A stretch of DNA of 32,000 nucleotides from an uncultured archaeon. Its GTDB lineage: Archaea > Asgardarchaeota > Thorarchaeia > Thorarchaeales > CAZPUN01. Location of the stretch: contig CAZPUN010000012.1 in NCBI GenBank assembly GCA_964589775.1, forward strand, positions 1 through 32,000, in the 5' to 3' direction. The notes below the pieces were generated by a model. It made no database searches. It was not told the DNA's origin and saw only the letters and a list, made by a program, of their open reading frames with translations. The stretch's first letter is position 1; every line of letters starts with the position of its first letter. Below are positions 25,679-32,000 of this stretch, piece after piece. A program made the position numbers and the translations under genes.

Positions 25679-26098
25679 ATGGATTTTTTAGTTAAAGTTC
25701 ATGTTAATATTTATCCAACAGAAGATCCAGAGATAATAAAAAATGCACTATCAAAAATCTTTCCAGAAATTACATTTAATGTATCCGAAACAGAAATCGT
25801 CGGGGAATCTAATGACTATCATAGCTTAGATAAATTACGCAATAAGATTCATGAACAACGAATCATCGATTCAGCAAGACTTTCCATTATTTCAAATTCG
25901 AACGATGAAATCATAAAATTAATTATTACTAAGCAACATTCAATTTTAGGTACAATCCATTTTTGCGACAGTGACACAGAACCCCCATTAGGTTGTATAG
26001 TAATCGAAATATTTACTGAAAAAAGAGATCGATTTATTGATTGGTTCACTCCAAAAACACAAGATGGTAGAATAATAGAAGAAATAGATTTTGAATAG
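25679..26098 (+). CDS. UPF0201 (DUF54) putative RNA-binding protein
   Basis: Motifs YPTED, QRIIDSAR, KQ, PLG and W..PKT.DG. It is the usual partner of UPF0200. Confidence 0.82.
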   Translation: MDFLVKVHVNIYPTEDPEIIKNALSKIFPEITFNVSETEIVGESNDYHSLDKLRNKIHEQRIIDSARLSIISNSNDEIIKLIITKQHSILGTIHFCDSDTEPPLGCIVIEIFTEKRDRFIDWFTPKTQDGRIIEEIDFE

Positions 26099-26100
26099 AT

Positions 26101-27144
26101 TTATTCTTTCTTTTTAAATACCATAACACGTCTTGTAAGACCACTATGAACATAAACAAAATAATTTTCAACCAATTTAATATTTCTATATTTCATAAGA
26201 ATCTTATCTAAAATATCATTTGTGAGTATATTCGCTGAAAAAACAATACATGCAAATCCATTATTTTCAAGATATTTAGACAATTCAGAAATGAAGTTTT
26301 CTAGTAAATATAGTGGGTTCCTATTTTTTGTCGATGAAGACCGTCCATATGGCGGATCACAAACAACATGAGTAATATTCATCAATGGCAAAAACCTAGC
26401 ATCACCTTGAATTATTGATACTAATGAGTTATTCCCAATATTTTTCATAGCACATGAAACCATATTATACATGATATCCATTCCAATAAATTTTATACCC
26501 AACTTAATGGCTCGGGCTCCTATTCCCCCAACGCCACAAAAAGGATCAAAAACGACACTGTTTTCAGAAGCCCGCGCAAGATTAATCATAACTACGGACA
26601 ATATTGGATTCATAACAGATGGATGAGGACACTTTAATTTTGACATTTTATCATAAAAAATAATTTTTCTGAATGTATTTGTAGGATTTACAATAAGATA
26701 AAATTTTGATGATATCGTAACATAAAATAGATATTTTGGAGAAGTTAGCGAAACTATAGATCCTGTCTTATCCTTTATTATCCTTCCAAATTTACGCTCT
26801 AATATCTCTGAATTGTAATTGGACTTTTTGAGCTTATTTATACGAACTGCGAAAGAATCAGTTTTTTTAATAAAATCAAAAGAATAATGTTTAAGATTAT
26901 TTTCAAATTCAGAAATCGACTCGGCAACAAATAATAAATTACCAACGAGTATCGACAAAGCAGCACGCTTCTTGATAATTTGTAAAACAGGTTGAGAAGA
27001 TGCAACAATTACAATGAGCCCATCAACAAATAATTCGTATGAAATATTATAAATCTCCATAATTGCTTTAAGTTCTCCAATAGCTAGGTCGGGATTCTCC
27101 CCACTGATAATAACAGCAGTATGAAATTTATTTTCCGATTTCAT
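26101..27144 (-). CDS. trm11: tRNA (guanine-10-N2) methyltransferase, THUMP + MTase (Trm11/TrmG10)
   Basis: Motifs SGENPDLA..E, SFAVR, HPSVM.P, DPFCGVGG, DPPYGRS and VHSGLTR. Alternative start at 27150. Confidence 0.85.
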   Translation of the reverse strand: MKSENKFHTAVIISGENPDLAIGELKAIMEIYNISYELFVDGLIVIVASSQPVLQIIKKRAALSILVGNLLFVAESISEFENNLKHYSFDFIKKTDSFAVRINKLKKSNYNSEILERKFGRIIKDKTGSIVSLTSPKYLFYVTISSKFYLIVNPTNTFRKIIFYDKMSKLKCPHPSVMNPILSVVMINLARASENSVVFDPFCGVGGIGARAIKLGIKFIGMDIMYNMVSCAMKNIGNNSLVSIIQGDARFLPLMNITHVVCDPPYGRSSSTKNRNPLYLLENFISELSKYLENNGFACIVFSANILTNDILDKILMKYRNIKLVENYFVYVHSGLTRRVMVFKKKE

Positions 27145-27913
27145 AATCATCTCCAGCTAGCATTAACCTTTGAAGAACCGCTACAATATTTTCAAGACCC
27201 GTATAATCTTTAGCTGATGCAGGGTATAGGTCTGCTTCCATACCAAAATCAGATAACACTTCCAAAATACGACGGGAAAATTCATTTTGCATACTAGGAG
27301 CTTCTGAAGATAAAGCATTATACATATCAAACGGATCATCAATCCAATTTAGAATATGTTCAAGCTCATTTTTTTCAAGAATATCGGCTTTACTTAAAAT
27401 ATTCACTTTGGGAAACAAAAATCGGTAATGAATTGATGCAGATAGTAGTTGAGCCGAAATAAAACCACTTGGGGTTCTAGCTAAATTCGCATCAATTAAG
27501 AATAACATGGAACTTGGCTCATTTCCAGATATAGTATGAAGTAAAATTGGCCCCGAGCTGCGATATGCAAATAACTCCATTTGACCTGGACAGTCTACAA
27601 GTATTTGATCAGCATCGATAGATTGTATTTCATCACGTATTTGGTCTATAAGAGTAACAGCATAATCTATGGCGGCAATCAATCCGCCATTTGGACCCAA
27701 TCCTAAAGTATCCATTAGCTCAGAATAATTTACAAATTGACGGATATCAAAATCTGCAGAATATGGTAAAGACATAACACCAGGATCTAAATTTACAGCA
27801 GCAGTATCAACTCCAGATTTAATCAACCAATCCTTTAGTGCAGCCGTCAAACTAGTCTTACCAGCACCAGCTGGACCAATTATAAACGTAAATAACATCA
27901 AATACATCTCCAA
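27128..27913 (-). CDS. GPN-loop GTPase
   Basis: Motifs GPAGAGKT, NLDPG, LGPNGG, DCPGQME and SKAD. Confidence 0.94.
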   Translation of the reverse strand: MEMYLMLFTFIIGPAGAGKTSLTAALKDWLIKSGVDTAAVNLDPGVMSLPYSADFDIRQFVNYSELMDTLGLGPNGGLIAAIDYAVTLIDQIRDEIQSIDADQILVDCPGQMELFAYRSSGPILLHTISGNEPSSMLFLIDANLARTPSGFISAQLLSASIHYRFLFPKVNILSKADILEKNELEHILNWIDDPFDMYNALSSEAPSMQNEFSRRILEVLSDFGMEADLYPASAKDYTGLENIVAVLQRLMLAGDDYEIGK

Positions 27914-27975
27914 TTTTAATTTTGTAACACATTACAAAGCTTATCGTAAATATAAATAATAAAAATTAAGTGATA

Positions 27976-28053
27976 TGGTGCCTCGGCCGGGATTTGAACC
28001 CGGGTCAAAGGATCGAGAGCCCCTTATGCTTGGCCGGACTACACTACCGAGGC
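27976..28053 (-). tRNA. tRNA-Glu(CTC)
   Basis: Reverse strand reads GCCTCGG...AGGGG-CT CTC GA-TCCTT...CCGGG-TTCAAAT-CCCGG-CCGAGGC-A-CCA. Confidence 0.96.
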
Positions 28054-28100
28054 ACGCAGTTTAAATAAATAATGGGAAAAATTTAAGATTTTCCATAGTG

Positions 28101-28646
28101 TTATAGTTGTTTTGCATTGATACCCAAATCGTACCCTGCATTAAATGCTTGTAAATTCAAGTCTACATACTTTTTAGATGTCGTTTCTTTTATAGCACGA
28201 ATAATAGAGTCTTTTTTGAGGACATTTGTAATGCCAATGAGCGAACCAAGTAAAATCATATTCATGACAACTTTTTTACCAATTTGCTCGGCTCTAGATA
28301 ATGCAGGTATTGCATATGTCTTATATTTGTCAGTATCACGAATGTTTCGCACAAGATCTTTTTCAACGATTACAAAACTATTTTCTTTTGCCTTTTCTAG
28401 CTTTGCATCATAAGCCTCTTGACAAAATGCTACAAAAATATCAGATTTGCGAACTTTTTGAAAATGAATATCCTCATCACTAATAATAACATTACTTTCA
28501 GACAAAGTTCCAGTAGCTTCTGAACCATAGGATTGTGTTTGTATTGCATTTTTATTTTCATACATAACTGCAGCAGTTCCAAGTAATACCCCAATTAAAA
28601 TAACGCCTTGGCCTCCAAGTCCGGTTGCACGAATCTCATGTCTCAT
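28101..28646 (-). CDS. 2-oxoacid:ferredoxin oxidoreductase gamma subunit
   Basis: Motifs GLGGQG, QSYGSEATG, NMILLG and NLQAF..G. Confidence 0.92.
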   Translation of the reverse strand: MRHEIRATGLGGQGVILIGVLLGTAAVMYENKNAIQTQSYGSEATGTLSESNVIISDEDIHFQKVRKSDIFVAFCQEAYDAKLEKAKENSFVIVEKDLVRNIRDTDKYKTYAIPALSRAEQIGKKVVMNMILLGSLIGITNVLKKDSIIRAIKETTSKKYVDLNLQAFNAGYDLGINAKQL

Positions 28647-28647
28647 T

Positions 28648-29469
28648 TTAATGGCTCCTTGCTTTATTTTGAATCTCTTTTAATCTACTAATATAACCAG
28701 GACGATTACGTTGGATAATTTTTCCAATTCTAATTTTACTTCCATCCTTCAATTCAATATTACCTTTTTTAGACATTTCAGATATGGTTTTAAACCACCG
28801 AATTAATTCATCAGGATCGGGCTTTCCAATTCGACGCCCGAAGGACGTAGGACATTGCGAAATTACTTCAATAAATCTAAATCCTTCCTGCTTTAGTGCT
28901 TCCTTTATTGAATGAATTAATGGAAAAACATGTGCAGTAGTCCAGCGCGCAACATAATTTGCACCAGCAGCAGCTACAACTTCTGAAGCATCAAGGGGGG
29001 GATCAGGATTACCATAGGGGGTTGTTGTTGTCGTCAAATTTTCAAATGTTGTTGGGCTTACTTGTCCACCAGTCATTCCATAAATGAAATTATTAATCAT
29101 AATAACAATTAGATCCATATTTCGTCTAGCGGCATGCATTAAATGATTTCCACCAATTGCTGAAAGATCACCATCACCACTCATCACAACAACATTTAGT
29201 TTTGGATTTGCAATTTTCAAGCCAGTCGCATACGCAATAGCACGACCATGTAAAGTATGTAATGTATCTGCTTTGAAATATGGTGAAATCGTCCAAGCAC
29301 CACAACCAATCCCGGATACAAAAGCGAATCCATCTAATGATTCATATCCTAACTCATTGAGCGCTTTCAAAAATGCATTCATTACGATTCCATTTCCACA
29401 ACCAGGACAAAATGCGGTTGGCAACAATTCATCTCGAAGATATTTTCTTGCAAAATGGACAGAAGCCAC
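28648..29469 (-). CDS. 2-oxoacid:ferredoxin oxidoreductase beta subunit (TPP-binding, KorB-like)
   Basis: Motifs FCPGCG, SGIGC, HTLHGR, GDGD...IGGNH, NN.IYGMTGGQ.SPTT and SQCPT. A GTG start after GGTGA was chosen (alternative 29481). Confidence 0.93.
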   Translation of the reverse strand: MASVHFARKYLRDELLPTAFCPGCGNGIVMNAFLKALNELGYESLDGFAFVSGIGCGAWTISPYFKADTLHTLHGRAIAYATGLKIANPKLNVVVMSGDGDLSAIGGNHLMHAARRNMDLIVIMINNFIYGMTGGQVSPTTFENLTTTTTPYGNPDPPLDASEVVAAAGANYVARWTTAHVFPLIHSIKEALKQEGFRFIEVISQCPTSFGRRIGKPDPDELIRWFKTISEMSKKGNIELKDGSKIRIGKIIQRNRPGYISRLKEIQNKARSH

Positions 29470-29624
29470 AATAATCACCAAATTTCATATTCTATTTTCC
29501 ACTTCATATCCAATTGACCTTTAAGATTTGTTGTTCTGAACAAAATTATAAAAATGACATTAGACAAAGATTTAAGATTAGTTTACTTAAAATCTAAAAC
29601 AGTAAATAAAAGGAGAATGAAAAT

Positions 29625-30050
29625 ATGGCTGAAGGAACAGCAAATGTTGCCTTTTTCAAAGAATTAGCTTCTGTGCTTGGAAATGTTGTAAAGGTTATTA
29701 CAAAAGATAATAAGTCATATACAGGCACTCTAAAAGGTTTTGATAGAAATACATTGAGTGTAGTTCTGGTAGATGCAGTCGATGAAGAAAATACAAAATA
29801 TCAAAAAATATTCATTTATGGCTCCACAATAAAATATTTCACGAAAGAAAAAGAAGCATTTAACTTACAAGGTTTAGCAAAAGAGTTAGAGAGAATGTTC
29901 CCACCGGGTGGAGTAGTATATCATGAAGACGGAAACGTAATCGCAATCATGAATAAAGTATATGTCACAGAAGATGGCGTTGAAGGAACAGGACTACTTG
30001 CAGATAGAGTACGTTCAGTATATGAAAAATATGTAGCACAAAACAAATAA
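29625..30050 (+). CDS. Sm/Lsm protein with C-terminal extension (SmAP3 type)
   Basis: Sm1 (VKVIT...YTGTLKGFD...SVVL) and Sm2-like (IFIYG) motifs, plus a roughly 60-aa C-terminal domain (V.VTEDGVEGTG.LA.RV). AGGAG SD. Confidence 0.85.
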   Translation: MAEGTANVAFFKELASVLGNVVKVITKDNKSYTGTLKGFDRNTLSVVLVDAVDEENTKYQKIFIYGSTIKYFTKEKEAFNLQGLAKELERMFPPGGVVYHEDGNVIAIMNKVYVTEDGVEGTGLLADRVRSVYEKYVAQNK

Positions 30051-30057
30051 AGTTCGT

Positions 30058-30084
30058 GCAAGGGCATTAGCCCCTGCTATTTTT
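30058..30084 (+). terminator. GC hairpin plus T tract between the convergent lsm and rpl2 genes
   Basis: GCAAGGGC-ATTA-GCCCCTGC (7 of 8 bp) followed by TATTTTT. Confidence 0.5.
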
Positions 30085-30098
30085 ATATTAAACACAAA

Positions 30099-30809
30099 TT
30101 ATCGCTTTCGACCAGTTCTCTTCGGTGCGATCATACCGACTTTTCTGCCTGGAGGTGTATTTCTAGCTACAGAGCTTGGTTGACCAGGGGATTGATGCGA
30201 GCCTCCACCATGGGGGTGCGAAACTGCATTCATCGCAACACCACGTACAACAGGCCATTTCCAAGCTTTAGTCTTACTAAGATGATATTTTGCTCCAGCC
30301 TTTAAGAATGGCTTTTCAGGTCGTCCTCCACCAGCCACTACACCCAATGCAGCACGAGCATTTGGATTAAATGCACGATCCTGACCAGATGGAAGGCGTA
30401 CAATAGATTTGTCCGTTGCATGTGTTTTTATAGTAGCATAAAGTCCTGAAGCCCTAACGTATTTACCACCATCACCCGGAAGAGATTCAATATTATAAAT
30501 TGGATATCCTTCAGGTATTTTGTACAATGGCAATACGTTTCCAATAGATAATGCGGCATCAGGTCCACATTCAATGGTTTGGCCGATTTGAATAGATTCT
30601 GGTGCGATCATAATTACTGTTTGATCTGCGAATTTAACTTTCATAAGTGGCGCTCCACGCCCTGGATCATGCATAATATCTACAACTTTTCCTACAACTG
30701 TATTTTTGGAAAGCTTTGGATGTTTTGCACGACCTTTTCGCTTATGCACTGGAGCTCGAAATGCCTGAGCACCACGACCCTTCCTTTGTGCAAGAATTCT
30801 CTTTCCCAT
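30099..30809 (-). CDS. rpl2: 50S ribosomal protein uL2
   Basis: Motifs MGKRILAQRKGRG, HDPGRGAP and VRGVAMNAVSHPHGGG. Confidence 0.98.
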   Translation of the reverse strand: MGKRILAQRKGRGAQAFRAPVHKRKGRAKHPKLSKNTVVGKVVDIMHDPGRGAPLMKVKFADQTVIMIAPESIQIGQTIECGPDAALSIGNVLPLYKIPEGYPIYNIESLPGDGGKYVRASGLYATIKTHATDKSIVRLPSGQDRAFNPNARAALGVVAGGGRPEKPFLKAGAKYHLSKTKAWKWPVVRGVAMNAVSHPHGGGSHQSPGQPSSVARNTPPGRKVGMIAPKRTGRKR

Positions 30810-30821
30810 TTATAAGCCTCC

Positions 30822-31088
30822 TTAGAATATACCCAGTTGCGTGGCAGTCTCCGCGGCACTGTAATCAGGCGCAAACTTGACAAATGCCTTTTTACGTCCA
30901 TCAGGAGTGATAACTGTATTTACCTTTTCGACTTCTACGTCAAATAGTTCTTGAACTGCCCATTTTATTGTATTTTTATTTGCTTTCCTGGATACATAAA
31001 AGACTAACTTATTTTCAGTCTCAATTAGATCCAGTGCAGCTTCGGTTGTTACTGGCTCGATAATAATTTGATTTGGATCCATATTCAT
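30822..31088 (-). CDS. rpl23: 50S ribosomal protein uL23
   Basis: Motifs PVTTE, ENKLVF.V, VEKVNT and KKAFV. Alternative start at 31082. Confidence 0.97.
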   Translation of the reverse strand: MNMDPNQIIIEPVTTEAALDLIETENKLVFYVSRKANKNTIKWAVQELFDVEVEKVNTVITPDGRKKAFVKFAPDYSAAETATQLGIF

Positions 31089-31096
31089 TCACTCCT

Positions 31097-31882
31097 TTAC
31101 ATGAATAACTTTTCTTCAGCTAAGGCTTTAATAGCGCCTTCAGTCCAGAGACATAATCTTCCGGGATATGTACCTGGTGCAAGCAGCTCTACATTTAATG
31201 AATGTACATTAACAACATCCACACCAGGAAGATTTCTGGCAGCTTTCATTAGTTCAGAGGGCCCATTCGTTATGATCAATACAGATTTTGCACGCTTGTA
31301 TTTTCGTCCTCGCATTTTACCTTTTCCTGCTCGAATCTTCCGTTTCTGTGCGCGGTCCAAATCTTCTGCTAAACCTAGCTTTAAGAATAGATCAATCACG
31401 TCAGAAGTCTTTGTTAGATTTTCAACTTCGGATTCTACGATTAATGGAAGTTCAGGAACATCTGAAATACGATGACCACGAGAAGATACGAGGTCTTTAT
31501 TTGCTGTAGCAGCAATCGCAGAACGAATAGCTAACCTACGTTCTTTCTTGTTAATTCGTTCTATGAGAACCTTTTCAGCTCTAGGTGCATGAGCTCTATA
31601 TCCACCAACCGTCGATGGGGCAAATGCACCTTGACTTGACCTCAGAGAACCACGACCCTTAACACGGGGAACTCGAGACACTCCATGACCTGGGCCCCAT
31701 GATTCTGCAGTAGTTCTTTTACCTGCTAATTTATTGACACCATGAGGGTTTAATCTTAGTGTCTGAAGACTAATAACCGCACGCCTAATAACATCAGGAC
31801 GATATGGTGTTGAAAACTGTGGTGGAAGGTCAATATTTCGTACAGGAGTTCCATCAAGTGAATAAACGTTAGCTTTCTTCAT
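31097..31882 (-). CDS. rpl4: 50S ribosomal protein uL4
   Basis: Motifs RPDVIRRA, AESWGPGHGVSRVPR, RAGKGKMRGR and LAPG..PGRL. GAGGTGA SD. Confidence 0.98.
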   Translation of the reverse strand: MKKANVYSLDGTPVRNIDLPPQFSTPYRPDVIRRAVISLQTLRLNPHGVNKLAGKRTTAESWGPGHGVSRVPRVKGRGSLRSSQGAFAPSTVGGYRAHAPRAEKVLIERINKKERRLAIRSAIAATANKDLVSSRGHRISDVPELPLIVESEVENLTKTSDVIDLFLKLGLAEDLDRAQKRKIRAGKGKMRGRKYKRAKSVLIITNGPSELMKAARNLPGVDVVNVHSLNVELLAPGTYPGRLCLWTEGAIKALAEEKLFM

Positions 31883-31894
31883 CTTGTTTCACCT

Positions 31895-31999
31895 CTACTT
31901 CCCCTGCTTAGAGGAGGTACTAATATAGACAATTTGAGGTACCTTCTCGGGGAATTTATTAGTTGGACGTATTGGATATCTCAGGCGAACTAATCTTTT
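31895..31999 (-). CDS. rpl3: 50S ribosomal protein uL3, C-terminal fragment
   Basis: Translates as KRLVRLRYPIRP...PQIVYISTSSKQGK*, the typical archaeal L3 C-terminus, upstream of rpl4. Confidence 0.92.
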   Translation of the reverse strand, partial: KRLVRLRYPIRPTNKFPEKVPQIVYISTSSKQGK

Positions 32000-32000
32000 A

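Noticed and set aside
29475-29507. 10-codon uORF (MKWKIEYEIW) upstream of the OFOR beta gene, as a leader peptide or alpha remnant
   Set aside because: It is too short and has no similarity to an alpha-subunit C-terminus. Its stop coincides with the GGTGA SD, so it is probably incidental.
737-31509. Numerous 60-143 aa antisense or alternate-frame ORFs in the track
   Set aside because: They lie within well-supported genes and show the F/S/I-rich composition expected from the reverse of A-rich coding strands, with no motifs.
1-32000. CRISPR arrays, IS elements, inteins, rRNA
   Set aside because: No regularly spaced repeats or transposase motifs were seen. MCM, RFC, Cdc6 and Hel308 have normal lengths, and there is no long GC-rich non-coding tract.

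Overview
AT-rich, densely packed archaeal chromosomal segment. Gins23, SmAP3-type Lsm, the Orc1-2-like Cdc6-ArsR pair and a Vps29-like protein suggest a TACK/Asgard-related lineage (inference). Most of it is housekeeping: riboflavin kinase, Pcm, tRNA/RNA enzymes (Trm5, TruA, Trm11, RtcA, ThpR), MutS5-like ATPase, NadM, Nog1 and GPN GTPases, a replication cluster (cdc6-arsR, rfcL/S, gins23-mcm-hel308), OFOR beta/gamma subunits and the rpl3-4-23-2 operon. Three tRNAs are present: Gly-CCC, Pro-GGG and Glu-CTC. Highlights: (1) a 1091-aa TrmB/TrmBL2-like protein whose wHTH and PLD-like domains are separated by 870 proline-free residues with hendecad periodicity, directly downstream of a DUF530-DUF1699-HTH fusion and beside cdc6, a candidate chromosome-organising module; (2) a C/D-box sRNA, apparently with its own promoter, whose D guide predicts Cm34 on tRNA-Leu(CAA); (3) tRNA-Pro(GGG) with a 26-nt BHB intron in the D-loop, C instead of U at position 33, and an antisense overlap with the thpR stop codon. 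No mobile element or CRISPR array was seen.
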